Notes under the pieces: model-generated
Databases searched by the model: none
What the model saw: the letters and a program-made list of their open reading frames with translations, nothing else
What the model was told of the DNA's origin: nothing
Position numbers and translations under genes: made by a program
From: an uncultured Gammaproteobacteria bacterium
GTDB taxonomy: Bacteria; Patescibacteriota; Patescibacteriia; SG8-24
Direction: 5' to 3'
Length of the DNA stretch: 54,265 nucleotides
NCBI GenBank assembly: GCA_964486995.1
Contig: CAZAOV010000008.1
Span: 1 to 54,265 of the forward strand
Shown: positions 32,018 to 42,186 of the stretch, piece after piece
Position numbering within the stretch: the first letter of the stretch is position 1
Layout: every line of letters starts with the position of its first letter

Positions 32018-33790
32018 CTATGCCTCCGCCTTTTTCTTAGTTTCGACTCGTTCCATTTTAGCAGATTCACTCGACTGCACATCAACCATACGCACCTGGA
32101 TAGTCTTGGTGCCGTTCCATTCGTTCACACCAATCTCGGCTACAATATCTAATTGGTCGCTTGGATTAAATTCTTTCATGCGCTCGGCAAAACCGAACGC
32201 GATTAGTCGCGTTTCGCGCGGTACGTCGCCGCGCACCGAAACCCGGACGTGTTTGCCGTCCTTGCCGACTGTAGTGGTCGATAACAACATCACGTTTCGC
32301 AACAGGAACAAGGGTTTGGGATTACCAATGCCAAACGGCTCAAAACGTTCGATTTCATTTATCAACTCCCAATTAATCTGGCTGGTTTCCAATTCTCCGT
32401 CTAGCCGAATGGCCGGACGCAAATCTCGGTCGGCCAGTTTCTTCTCGGCAAACTCCCAGGCGCGATAAATAAAATTGTTTAAATTTTCTTCGCCTTCGAT
32501 GGTGAGGCCGCACGCTTCGGGATGACCGCCGAAACGAGACAAAAACCCGGCTGAATCACGCAACAGCTCCACCACATTAAAATCCGGAATGCTCCGGCCT
32601 GAACCCACAACCTTTCCGTCGTTCCGTCGCCCCATCACAAATACAGGCACGCCCCATTGAGTGACCAGCTTACCGGCCACTATGCCGATTATGCCCGGCG
32701 ACCAATCATCCCCAACTATAATCTGCACTTTTTTGCCTGGCTCGGCCATCTCTAACGCCTTACGATAAACTTCTTCTGTGGCACGCTGACGTTCAGCATT
32801 GCAAATATTGAGTTCACGCGCCAAGCGGGCGGCCTCCATATCGTCTTCCGCCATTAATGTCCGCAACGCCAAACTGGCGTGATCCATACGTGAGGCCGCA
32901 TTGATACGCGGCCCTAAATAATATCCGATCGAAATAGTGTCTAGCTTGCCGAGCTCCAAGCCAGCGGCTTCGATAAGTTTTTTTAGCCCGGGTCGCTGCG
33001 TTTTATTCAAAACGACTAGCCCCCATTTTTCCAGTATTCGATTCTCGCCGGTAAGTTTCATGAAATCGGTCACCGTGGCAATAGCCACCAAATCCAGCAA
33101 CCACTTTTCACGACCTTCCTGAACATCCAGTCCCTGCTCGCGCGCGAACTGGTAAAGCGCCGATGCAAACTTGAAGGCCACTGCCGCACCAGACAACGAG
33201 CCGTTAGGATAGGTCTCATTCGGCGCAAGCGGATGAATCAAAATGCACTCGGGTACCTCCTCTGGCACTTGATGATGGTCAGTGATAATCACATCCATAC
33301 CCAGTTCCTTGGCTAATTTGACCTCACTGGCGTTACTGATGCCGCAGTCCGTGGTGACCACCAACTTAATGCCGTCTTTAGCCAGCTTCCGCACAGCATC
33401 ATCGTTCATGCCGTAACCTTCGTGCTCGCGATGCGGAATATAGCTTACTATGAGCTCGCTGTCGCTGCCGGCCAACTCCGCGACTTCTCGCAGGGCAGTG
33501 AGCAAAATTGTAGTTCCGGTAACGCCGTCAGCATCGTAATCGCCAAAGACGACAACCTTCTCTCCGTTCTCAATGGCCTGCCATACACGTTCGCAAGCCG
33601 CGATCATTTGCCGAAACAAAAACGGGTCATGCGTATTCTCCCCATAATCCGGCAGCAAAAACTCATCCACTTGCTCCTGAGTTTCGATACCACGATTCTT
33701 GAGCAATTGGAGGGTTATTGGATGAAGTTCCGGAAACTTATCACGGAATTTGTCTGTAATTGGTTTAGCTAGCTGCCAGCGCTTTTCCAT
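32018..33790 (-). CDS. recJ: ssDNA-specific exonuclease RecJ
   Basis: GDYDADG, EGYG, DCG, TDHH, PRINAASR, GSGRS, GGH, EPFGIGNP; start MEKRW. Confidence 0.97.
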   Translation of the reverse strand: MEKRWQLAKPITDKFRDKFPELHPITLQLLKNRGIETQEQVDEFLLPDYGENTHDPFLFRQMIAACERVWQAIENGEKVVVFGDYDADGVTGTTILLTALREVAELAGSDSELIVSYIPHREHEGYGMNDDAVRKLAKDGIKLVVTTDCGISNASEVKLAKELGMDVIITDHHQVPEEVPECILIHPLAPNETYPNGSLSGAAVAFKFASALYQFAREQGLDVQEGREKWLLDLVAIATVTDFMKLTGENRILEKWGLVVLNKTQRPGLKKLIEAAGLELGKLDTISIGYYLGPRINAASRMDHASLALRTLMAEDDMEAARLARELNICNAERQRATEEVYRKALEMAEPGKKVQIIVGDDWSPGIIGIVAGKLVTQWGVPVFVMGRRNDGKVVGSGRSIPDFNVVELLRDSAGFLSRFGGHPEACGLTIEGEENLNNFIYRAWEFAEKKLADRDLRPAIRLDGELETSQINWELINEIERFEPFGIGNPKPLFLLRNVMLLSTTTVGKDGKHVRVSVRGDVPRETRLIAFGFAERMKEFNPSDQLDIVAEIGVNEWNGTKTIQVRMVDVQSSESAKMERVETKKKAEA

Positions 33791-33793
33791 AAA

Positions 33794-33866
33794 AAAGTAA
33801 GAAAGTTTGAAAGTTAGAAAGTCTGAAAGCCATCTTAGGACTTTCAGACTGTCCGACACTCAGACT
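33794..33866. repeat. Octamer-period imperfect inverted repeat
   Basis: aagtaaga aagtttga aagttaga aagtctga ... ttcagact gtccgaca ctcagact. Confidence 0.65.
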
Positions 33867-33872
33867 ATCAAA

Positions 33873-33995
33873 CTACCAACTAAACGCCGGCGCCACGGTC
33901 CAAGCTACCATGGAGATAACAACCACGCTGTAAAGCGTAATCCAACCAATCTTAAACAGTTGACGTTTTTTAATTTTACGATTGAAGATTCGCAT
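33873..33995 (-). CDS. 40-aa single-pass membrane protein (absent from the ORF track)
   Basis: MRIFNRKIKKRQLFKIGWITLYSVVVISMVAWTVAPAFSW*: basic N-terminus plus TM, co-oriented between lepA and recJ. Confidence 0.7.
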   Translation of the reverse strand: MRIFNRKIKKRQLFKIGWITLYSVVVISMVAWTVAPAFSW

Positions 33996-34089
33996 GCTTT
34001 ATACATAGCGACGGGGCTTGCCCCTGCCCGTCATAAATTTATCTATAAAATTACTTCGGATGAGCAGAGACAAGCTCTGCAGCTAGCGA

Positions 34090-35904
34090 TTAACTATCAC
34101 GTTTCAATACAGCGAAATACGCCTCGGGCGGAATATCGATACGTCCTCCCTTGCCCATCTTCTTCTTGCCCTTCTTCTGCTTTTCAAGCAATTTCTGTTT
34201 GCGTGACACATCTCCACCGTACAGTTTGGCAGTCACATCCTTTCGGTATGGAGCGATACGCGATGAAGCTATGATCTTTCCACCCAACGCCGCCTGAATC
34301 TTAATTTCGAACTGCTGGCGCGGCAAAGTTTCCTTGAGCTTTTCGACAATGCGACGACCTTCACGCTGAGCCGAGTCACGATATACGATTAACGCCAGTG
34401 CCTCTACTGGCTCTTCATTAACCAAGATGTCCATACGCACCACATCGGCTCGACGATACCCCGCCACCTCATAATTAAGTGACGCATAGCCTGATGTCGC
34501 CCCTTTCAACTTATCATAGAAGTCAACCAATATCGAAGATAACGGCATGTCGTAATGAACGATAACCCGACCGGCATCTTCTGCATGGGCAGCTAGATAC
34601 TCTGTATTCAAATATACACCTCGTTTTTCCTGCGCCAATGCCATAATTGCACCAACGTGTTCCTTTGGCGCGACAATATCCGCTTTTACCCACGGCTCGG
34701 AAATATGATCGATATAAGTCGGATCCGGCAAATCGGCCGGACTCTTGGCGATAATCTTCTCGGCTTTGATGCTGATGACCTCATAAGCAACGGAAGGTAA
34801 AGTCACGACAATGTCCATGCCGTGCTCACGGCGCAGTCGCTCCTGAGCAATTTCGAGATGCAGCATACCAAGAAAGCCACAACGAAACCCAAAGCCCAAA
34901 GCTGACGAATGCTCCGGCTCGAAAGTTAGAGCAGCGTCATTCAGTTTAAGTTTTTCCATGGCATCACGCAGATGCTCAAAATCGTCGCCTTCTTTGGGGA
35001 AAATCCCCGCAAACACCATAGGACTGATATCACGATATCCGGGAAGCGGTTTCACGCCACGCTTGCGAAAGTGGGGCACGGTGAATGTATCACCCACGCG
35101 ACAGTAGTCTATTTCCTTAAATCCAGTCACCATATAACCGATTTCACCGGCGGACAATCGATCGGTCTTTAGCATCTTCGGCGTGAATACACCCACTTCA
35201 AGCATTTCACCTTCGGCGGCAGTGGCGACCATGGTGAAACCGTCGCCACGCGATGCCTCACCGTCAACAACACGAACATACGCCACCACTCCCCGATACG
35301 GATCGAATACCGAATCAAATACCATGGCGCGCAATGGTGCTTCAATGTCACCCCCAGGCGGCGGAACTCGTTTTACAATTTCTTCTAGAACCGTAACTAC
35401 GCCTTCGCCAGTCTTACCGGAAGCAAACAGCACCTCGCTCTTGTCACAGCCCAACAAGTCACAAATTTCCTGTGCCACTTCATCGGGCTGGGCGTTCGGT
35501 AAATCCATCTTGTTTACCACCGGAATGACGGTCAAGTCCTGATCTAACGCCAAATACAAATTACCGATTGTCTGTGCCTGCACGCCCTGAGCGGCATCCA
35601 CCAACAACACCGCACCTTCGGCCGCGGCCAACGATCGCGAAACTTCGTAATTGAAGTCGACGTGTCCCGGAGTATCAATCAAGTTCAAAATGTATTCTTG
35701 CCCGTCTTCTGCCTTGTAGTTCATGCGAGCGGGCTGCAGCTTAATGGTAATCCCACGCTCACGTTCTAAATCCATTGAGTCTAATAGCTGTTCCTTCATC
35801 TCGCGCTTGCTGACTGTTTCTGTCTGTTCCAAAAAGCGGTCCGCTAGCGTGGACTTGCCGTGATCAATATGGGCGATAATACAAAAATTTCTAATGTTGG
35901 TCAT
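34090..35904 (-). CDS. lepA: Translation elongation factor 4
   Basis: IRNFCIIAHIDHGKST, ERERGITIK, DTPGHVDF, GFRCGFLGMLH, KLYGGD. Confidence 0.98.
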   Translation of the reverse strand: MTNIRNFCIIAHIDHGKSTLADRFLEQTETVSKREMKEQLLDSMDLERERGITIKLQPARMNYKAEDGQEYILNLIDTPGHVDFNYEVSRSLAAAEGAVLLVDAAQGVQAQTIGNLYLALDQDLTVIPVVNKMDLPNAQPDEVAQEICDLLGCDKSEVLFASGKTGEGVVTVLEEIVKRVPPPGGDIEAPLRAMVFDSVFDPYRGVVAYVRVVDGEASRGDGFTMVATAAEGEMLEVGVFTPKMLKTDRLSAGEIGYMVTGFKEIDYCRVGDTFTVPHFRKRGVKPLPGYRDISPMVFAGIFPKEGDDFEHLRDAMEKLKLNDAALTFEPEHSSALGFGFRCGFLGMLHLEIAQERLRREHGMDIVVTLPSVAYEVISIKAEKIIAKSPADLPDPTYIDHISEPWVKADIVAPKEHVGAIMALAQEKRGVYLNTEYLAAHAEDAGRVIVHYDMPLSSILVDFYDKLKGATSGYASLNYEVAGYRRADVVRMDILVNEEPVEALALIVYRDSAQREGRRIVEKLKETLPRQQFEIKIQAALGGKIIASSRIAPYRKDVTAKLYGGDVSRKQKLLEKQKKGKKKMGKGGRIDIPPEAYFAVLKRDS

Positions 35905-37510
35905 ACTCTTCAATCGCCGAAACCGGCACAAACCGTACCGTAAGGGTTTTTATCATCTGCCGCGCCTCCTCGCTACCCAGAAGGTACGTCACCAGCAAGT
36001 ACATGGCAATACCCGCCAGACCAGCCACCGCACCTTGGGAGAAAACCCCAAGGAAAGTTTGCATGTCCACCGCATTGCCGACCAATACCTTGATGCCTTG
36101 CATCGTAATGCCCATGGCCACCGCCGCAACCATCATTAGCGCAACTGATTTTAGGATGCGTTTTTCGTCGAGCGCACCGATCAATATCCGCAACAGCATC
36201 CACAGTAAAATGATTCGCAGCGCCGCGCTAACAGAATGCGCCAAAACCAGACCGGAAATCCCCATACCGAAATCAATCAACTGCCAAGCTAACAGACGCT
36301 CGAAAATGATGCTACAGACAGCCACAATAAGCGGCCATTTAACATTATGAAAGGCAAAAAATGTTTTTACGATGAATGGCAACAGCGCCTGAGCGAACAA
36401 GCTCACGGAAAACAAAGCCAGTGCATCGGCCGTGTCTACCGTATTGGACCAGTCAAAATTACCGGTTCCAAGAATCACGCGTACCACCTGCGCACGCAAC
36501 AGCAGCAACGCCACGGTAGCCGGTACAATCAGATACATCACCGTCCTGACGATGCGTGAAAATTCTCGCTGTACTCCGGCTCGATCGCCGCGCTCAACCA
36601 ATTCGGCAATAAAAGGAAACGAAGCCACCGCAAATGAAATACCAAATAAACCGACCGGCAGGCTCTGCAGATTAAGCGCCAAATTGAACACGGCGATGCT
36701 TCCAGCTCCGAGTGTCGATGCGACTCCCGTCAAAATTATCAGATTCACATGCTCAAGCGCTAAGCTAGTAGTGCGCGGCAGCATCATCCGTCCCATCTCT
36801 CGCATGCCTCTCTCACGAAAATCAAATAGCCAAGAGAACCTGAAGCCCGATCCCAGGACAGAAGCGAGCTGGATGCCCATATGAAGAAACGCACCGATAA
36901 CCACACCTATGGCCACACCATATATTCCAAACGTATCGGCAAAAAAAACCACACCAGAAATTATGCCAACGTTATAAACGACTGGCGCCAGCGAATATAC
37001 AACAAACCGCTTGTATGTTTGCAAAATACCGGAAAACACCGCGGATAAGCCCAAAAAGAAAATGGCCGCGAACATTATGCGAGTTAGTGATATCGCAGTT
37101 TGTTGTGTCGCAAAATTAAAACCAGAGGTGTACCAGGGCACAAACCACTGGGCAGTGGACGCACCGATAACCGAAAACACCGCTAAACCGGCACCTAAAA
37201 CGGAGATAACTCGAGACGCGAACTCGCTGGCGATTCGCCCAATTCGTCCAGAAGAATCCCGTGAAACATATTTAGTGTAGACCGGAATAAATCCTGCACT
37301 AATCGCCCCACCGACAAACAAAGCAAACATCAAATCCGGTCCGCGAAAAGCGGCATAATAGGCGTCTAATTCGGCACCGGCACCAAATTGTCCGGACAGC
37401 AGCCGATCCCTAAACATACCCAAAAAACGACTCACCAAAGAAGCGACCCCAAGCAATGCGGCGGCCCAAGTCACCGAACTGGATGTTTTCTTAATAAAAC
37501 TACCTAACAT
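35891..37510 (-). CDS. murJ: Lipid II flippase MurJ
   Basis: SRFLGMFRD, FGAG..LDAY.AAF..PD, FIPV, LP.GLFG; many TM helices. Confidence 0.95.
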   Translation of the reverse strand: MLGSFIKKTSSSVTWAAALLGVASLVSRFLGMFRDRLLSGQFGAGAELDAYYAAFRGPDLMFALFVGGAISAGFIPVYTKYVSRDSSGRIGRIASEFASRVISVLGAGLAVFSVIGASTAQWFVPWYTSGFNFATQQTAISLTRIMFAAIFFLGLSAVFSGILQTYKRFVVYSLAPVVYNVGIISGVVFFADTFGIYGVAIGVVIGAFLHMGIQLASVLGSGFRFSWLFDFRERGMREMGRMMLPRTTSLALEHVNLIILTGVASTLGAGSIAVFNLALNLQSLPVGLFGISFAVASFPFIAELVERGDRAGVQREFSRIVRTVMYLIVPATVALLLLRAQVVRVILGTGNFDWSNTVDTADALALFSVSLFAQALLPFIVKTFFAFHNVKWPLIVAVCSIIFERLLAWQLIDFGMGISGLVLAHSVSAALRIILLWMLLRILIGALDEKRILKSVALMMVAAVAMGITMQGIKVLVGNAVDMQTFLGVFSQGAVAGLAGIAMYLLVTYLLGSEEARQMIKTLTVRFVPVSAIEEYDQH

Positions 37511-37565
37511 CAGCACTAAAACAAACTTCCCCGCGGATATTTCGCAGGGATTTCTTATCTGTAAG

Positions 37566-37594
37566 ATTATAGAGGTTTAAGGCGAAGTGTTCAA
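37566..37594 (-). promoter_or_regulatory. Sigma70 promoter for murJ-lepA
   Basis: TTGAAC-17 nt-TATAAT. Confidence 0.6.
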
Positions 37595-37717
37595 GTTTCT
37601 AAGACGCGCAATAAAACCGCTCCCATAAAGTAGGAACGGTATTGGATTTACCCGGTCAGAACAAATTGAGGCATAGTCTCACAATCTTCTCGCTGACGAT
37701 GGGTTGTAGCGCTATAT

Positions 37718-38863
37718 TTAGACGCCAACGGTATCTTGCGCGATTTCCAGTTCCTCGTTGGTTGGTATGACCATGGTCTTGAGACGTGGTTTCAATTTGA
37801 GCATGGACATAATGCGTTTGCGAATAAATGCGTTACGCTCCCCCACCCCAGCAGTGAACACTACTGCATCAACCCGCCCGAGCAGCGCGGCATACTGACC
37901 GATGTATCGGGCGATGTCGTAGCAAAATTTATCAACGGCTAGCTGAGCTTTTTTCTTGTCGTCCTTGGTTGGGCGACGCTTAGGTGTAAAGCCTTCGAAC
38001 TCATGACCAAGAATGCTTAATATGTCACGCAAATCCGCATAACCGGACAGACCGTACAAACCAGATTCTTTATTCAGCGTTTCATACACCTCTTCAATCG
38101 ATTGTCCGAGCTGATCCACCATGAATAGCGGAATAGACGGATCGATGTCTCCGCAGCGGGTGGACATGGTGACACCCTGCAGTGGCGTCAAACCCATGGA
38201 GGTATCGATGGATTCGCCATTACGAATCGCGCACAACGATGATCCGCTGCCTATATGACAGGTGATCAAGTTCGTCTTGCTTGAGGATTTCTTTAGTTTA
38301 CGAGCCGCTTCTCTGGCAACGTAGCTATGAGAAATTCCATGAAAGCCGTATTTGCGGACGCCAAATTTTTCGTACAGCCGATGCGGCAGTGCATATATGT
38401 AGGCGTAATCCGGAATTGTCGCATGGAACGCGGTATCGAACACTGCCACTTGTTTCGCATCCGGCAACAATCCCATGGCCGCTTCAATGCCGGCTAGGTT
38501 AGCGGGATTGTGCAGCGGTGCGAGCTGTTCGTAGCGACGCATGCGTTCCAGCACCACCTTGTTCACTCGCGTGGGCTTAATGAACTCCTCGCCGCCGTGC
38601 ACTACGCGATGTCCGACCTGCTTGATTTCCTGCACATCCATTCCCTCATCCATAAGTACCGCAAATACCTCTTTTAGTGCGTCGCTATGGTTGTGCAACC
38701 CACCGGCAAAAGTTCGTCGCCCGGATTCTTTGCCGAACTGATACTCCAAAAAGGACCTCGTCAATCCGAGACGTTCAACGATTCCACCAGCTTGTTGCTT
38801 CATTTTTTCGTCGAAAACGCGAAACTTCAAGGAGGAACTGCCGGAATTGATTATGAGAATCAT
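37718..38863 (-). CDS. ackA: Acetate kinase
   Basis: INSGSSSLK, GHRVVHGG, APLHN, VFDTAFH, YGFHGISH, TRCGDID, PTNEE. Confidence 0.97.
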   Translation of the reverse strand: MILIINSGSSSLKFRVFDEKMKQQAGGIVERLGLTRSFLEYQFGKESGRRTFAGGLHNHSDALKEVFAVLMDEGMDVQEIKQVGHRVVHGGEEFIKPTRVNKVVLERMRRYEQLAPLHNPANLAGIEAAMGLLPDAKQVAVFDTAFHATIPDYAYIYALPHRLYEKFGVRKYGFHGISHSYVAREAARKLKKSSSKTNLITCHIGSGSSLCAIRNGESIDTSMGLTPLQGVTMSTRCGDIDPSIPLFMVDQLGQSIEEVYETLNKESGLYGLSGYADLRDILSILGHEFEGFTPKRRPTKDDKKKAQLAVDKFCYDIARYIGQYAALLGRVDAVVFTAGVGERNAFIRKRIMSMLKLKPRLKTMVIPTNEELEIAQDTVGV

Positions 38864-38865
38864 GT

Positions 38866-39453
38866 CTAGGATTCTTTAATGATTTCTCCTACACCACCAC
38901 CCACAGCTTGCCAGGCGGCGTTACCTTCGTCAGTGTCGAGATGCATATGAAGATCAAAGCTCGGGTCGCTGCGCAGGATGACGTTATGAAACGTGACACC
39001 GCGCTCGCCGCCGATTTTCACCGATACGGTCTGACCGCCTTCGAGTCCGCGTTCCGCAGCCTGATCGTCAGAAAGATGAATGTGTCGCTTGGGCACAATC
39101 ACGCCGGACTGCAATTCAACTTCCCCTTTCGGACCGATTAAGGTGCAGCCCGGTGTCCCATCGTGGTCGCCAGATACGCGCAGTTTCGGTTCGATACCGA
39201 GCCGGAAACAAGATGTTTTAGATAACTCGACTTGAGTAGCTTTGCGACATGGTCCAAGCACTCGACACTTCATTTCACCGCGCGGACCACGCACGATAAC
39301 CTTATCCTCACCAGCCCATTGACCGTGCTGAGACAAGTCTTTAATTCTTTCCATTTCGTATCCCTCGCCGAACAGCGCGTCATAATCTTTTTGCGAAGGA
39401 TGAATGTGCCTAGCGGAAACTTCCACTGGGACTTTCATTAAATCGTCTGACAT
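38866..39453 (-). CDS. pduL: Phosphate acyltransferase PduL (phosphotransacylase)
   Basis: VSARHIH, LSQHGQW, RVLGP, SGD, RHIH, MHLDTDEGNA. Confidence 0.94.
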   Translation of the reverse strand: MSDDLMKVPVEVSARHIHPSQKDYDALFGEGYEMERIKDLSQHGQWAGEDKVIVRGPRGEMKCRVLGPCRKATQVELSKTSCFRLGIEPKLRVSGDHDGTPGCTLIGPKGEVELQSGVIVPKRHIHLSDDQAAERGLEGGQTVSVKIGGERGVTFHNVILRSDPSFDLHMHLDTDEGNAAWQAVGGGVGEIIKES

Positions 39454-39781
39454 ATTTTTGTTGGTTAACGAAGTTAATTATAAACGAGAGAGCGAATGTG
39501 GGAAAGTTCGGTGATGATATAGTCTGACAGCCCGAAAGTATGATGGCCATCAACAGTCGAGTCCCGATGATCTACGGGCTTTCTGTCTTTCAGGTTAATT
39601 TCAAAAAGTTATTCACCTAGATTATTTATCTTTGTGGGTGTATTATGTCGGCGGTTCATTGGAAAATGTGCATCCCGTTCCAAGTTTATGCCATAATCTG
39701 CGCAGGACGGGGCAGGCAAGCGCCTGCCCATCCCGTCTCGTGCGGCTCGAAACAGAAACCAGAAGCGGGACAGAGGATAAA

Positions 39782-40735
39782 ATGAGAAAAATCCGTCATG
39801 TCGTCGAGGCACAGCAGTGGGATCGCGAGGGGCTCGAGGAGCTATTCGGCATGGCCCGCGAAATGCGGGAGAGCCGTAAGCATCGCTATCCAAAATCGCG
39901 CAAACATCGCGACTGCCTTTATGGCTACATCATGGCGGCGTTGTTCTACGAAGAATCCACTAGGACGCGGTTCTCACACGAGGCCGCAATGATGCGTTTA
40001 GGTGGACGCGTAATTTCGACCGAAAATGCTCTTAAGTTTTCCTCGGTCTCGAAAGGTGAGACCCTGGAGGATACTATTCGCACGATCGCCGCTTATGTTG
40101 ACGTGATCGTTCTGCGACATTTCGAGCAGGGCATTGCCATGCGCGCGGCAGCAGCAAGTCCGGTGCCGGTCATCAATGCTGGTGACGGTCCGGGTCAGCA
40201 CCCGACCCAAGCGCTGCTCGATGTTTTCACCATCGAAGACGAACTAGGAGCCATCGACGGCAAGACCATTACGTTCGTCGGCGACCTGGCCAACGGCCGG
40301 ACAGTGCGTTCGTTGTGCTACATGCTCGGCAAGTTCCAGCCAACCAAGCTGTCGTTCGTCACACACGAACTGGTGCGGATGAAGCAAGACATCAAGGACT
40401 ACCTTGATCGTCACGGCGTCGCCTGGGAAGAGCTCGAGGATTTGGACGCGGCAGCCGCACAGTCCGACGTGCTGTACGTTACGCGGATTCAGCGGGAGCG
40501 TTTTGGCGACCGTATCGCCGAGTACGATCAGGTGTACGGCAAATACGTCGTAACCCAAGCCACCCTGGCGCTGATGAAAGAAAAATCCATCATCATGCAT
40601 CCGCTGCCGCGCAAGGGGGAAATCGCAGACGAGTGCGACACCGACCCGCGCGCCGCGTATTTCCGCCAAGCCGAGAACGGCATGTACATCCGCATGGCGC
40701 TCCTGCACAACATCCTCAACGAAAACTGCCACTAG
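39782..40735 (+). CDS. pyrB: Aspartate carbamoyltransferase catalytic subunit
   Basis: FYEESTRT, KGETLEDT, NAGDGPGQHPTQALLD, GDLANGRT, TRIQRER, HPLPR; start MRKIR after GAGG. Confidence 0.97.
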   Translation: MRKIRHVVEAQQWDREGLEELFGMAREMRESRKHRYPKSRKHRDCLYGYIMAALFYEESTRTRFSHEAAMMRLGGRVISTENALKFSSVSKGETLEDTIRTIAAYVDVIVLRHFEQGIAMRAAAASPVPVINAGDGPGQHPTQALLDVFTIEDELGAIDGKTITFVGDLANGRTVRSLCYMLGKFQPTKLSFVTHELVRMKQDIKDYLDRHGVAWEELEDLDAAAAQSDVLYVTRIQRERFGDRIAEYDQVYGKYVVTQATLALMKEKSIIMHPLPRKGEIADECDTDPRAAYFRQAENGMYIRMALLHNILNENCH

Positions 40736-40741
40736 GCAATC

Positions 40742-40773
40742 AAAAAACGCCGACTTTGTTCGGCGGTTTTTTT
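40742..40773. terminator. Bidirectional terminator between pyrB and mgtE
   Basis: A-run, CGCCGA-ctttgt-TCGGCG, T-run. Confidence 0.8.
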
Positions 40774-40830
40774 ATAGCATTTAGCGCCTAGTCTTCATTT
40801 ACCACAAAAAAACACGACGATTCAAGTTAT

Positions 40831-42186
40831 TTATAACAAAATAGTCGCCAAACCAAGAAGGGCAAAAAAGCCGAATATATCAGTCGTCGCGGTAATAAAC
40901 ACCGTGGATGCAAGAGCTGGATCCGCTTTCATGGCGCGCATCGTAAGAGGTACGGCAACGCCGACAAGCCCTGCCATGAATAGGTTAACGGTCATAGCGA
41001 GAACGATAACGATACCAATGGTTGGGTTGCCGGTCCAAATCGCCGAGAGCAATCCAGCTATAACACCCGCGAGGAAACCATTCATGGTTCCGACTAAAAC
41101 TTCTTTAGCCACCACTTTCATTATTCGTAGATGGCGAAACTCCCCCACTGCCATGGCACGAACCGTAACCGCAAGCGACTGTTGCGCGGCGTTACCGCCC
41201 ATACCAGCAACCACCGGCATGAACGCGGCCAGTATTACGACTCGTTCGATTGTTCCCTGGAAAAAACTAACCACCGTAGCCGCCAGCATCGCCGTAATCA
41301 AATTAACCCCGAGCCAGGGTATCCGCCGCCGTGCCGACAGCCAAATCGGATCGCTGATGTGCGCGTCCTCATGCACACCAGCCATGCGCGACACGTCCTC
41401 GGAGTGCTCTTCTTCCATGACCGCAAAAATATCATCCGCTGTAATCACGCCCAACAGCTTATTGCGATGACTAATTACCGGCAGCTCAATCGCGCTCTGC
41501 TCATCAAATAAAATCGCCACGTCTTCCTGGTCCATGCTCGCCGGCAGAGCCACAACCTTGGGATCCATTATGTCGACAATCGTCTTGTTTCCTTCGGCCT
41601 GCACCAACTTGATAAGCGACAGGCGTCCCAACAGGGTGTCGGTCTTATCAACCACATATAAGTAGTGAGATTTCTGGCGCGCCTGTGCATCGGAGGAAAT
41701 CAGGCGACGAACCTCTTCTACGGTCCTGGTACCACAAAACTTTAAGGTCTCCGATTTCATTCGACCGCCAGCGCTCTGCTCATCAAAAACCAGAAGCGGC
41801 AATAATCCATGCGTGTCACCCTCTTCGCGCAAATGCTCAGTTATCTTTTTACGCATGGACTTGTCGAGCCATTGGATGATGTCGGCTGCATCATCGGATT
41901 GCGCCGCATCAATCAATTCGATCAGTTCCTCAAACTGCAATTGTGGCATGACGGTTTCTACCGAATAGTCGCTCATGTCCAGAATAATCTTCACGCGCCG
42001 CTTGGCCGACAATGCTCGCAGCACGCGCATCTTATTCTTAACCGAAAGCTGATCGATGGTGTGAACCAACTCGTCATCCCCCACCTTGGGTACCAGCTCC
42101 AACAATAAATCGTCACCACCGCCAAACAAGGCCGCCTTCAATCGATGACCCAGTGTCTTATGGGGTGTGGGAACTCTAACTGCCAT
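40831..42186 (-). CDS. mgtE: Magnesium transporter MgtE
   Basis: DDAAD, CBS pair, RRIPWL, AGMGGNAAQQ, DPALAS, TTD. Confidence 0.95.
   Translation of the reverse strand: MAVRVPTPHKTLGHRLKAALFGGGDDLLLELVPKVGDDELVHTIDQLSVKNKMRVLRALSAKRRVKIILDMSDYSVETVMPQLQFEELIELIDAAQSDDAADIIQWLDKSMRKKITEHLREEGDTHGLLPLLVFDEQSAGGRMKSETLKFCGTRTVEEVRRLISSDAQARQKSHYLYVVDKTDTLLGRLSLIKLVQAEGNKTIVDIMDPKVVALPASMDQEDVAILFDEQSAIELPVISHRNKLLGVITADDIFAVMEEEHSEDVSRMAGVHEDAHISDPIWLSARRRIPWLGVNLITAMLAATVVSFFQGTIERVVILAAFMPVVAGMGGNAAQQSLAVTVRAMAVGEFRHLRIMKVVAKEVLVGTMNGFLAGVIAGLLSAIWTGNPTIGIVIVLAMTVNLFMAGLVGVAVPLTMRAMKADPALASTVFITATTDIFGFFALLGLATILL

Noticed and set aside
33807-34274. 155-aa plus-strand ORF
   Set aside because: Overlaps lepA antisense, the repeat element and the better-supported 40-aa minus-strand ORF; no motifs
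39632-39781. N-terminal extension of PyrB from the ORF track
   Set aside because: Not ATCase-like, spans the promoter and hairpin region; a better start with RBS is at 39782
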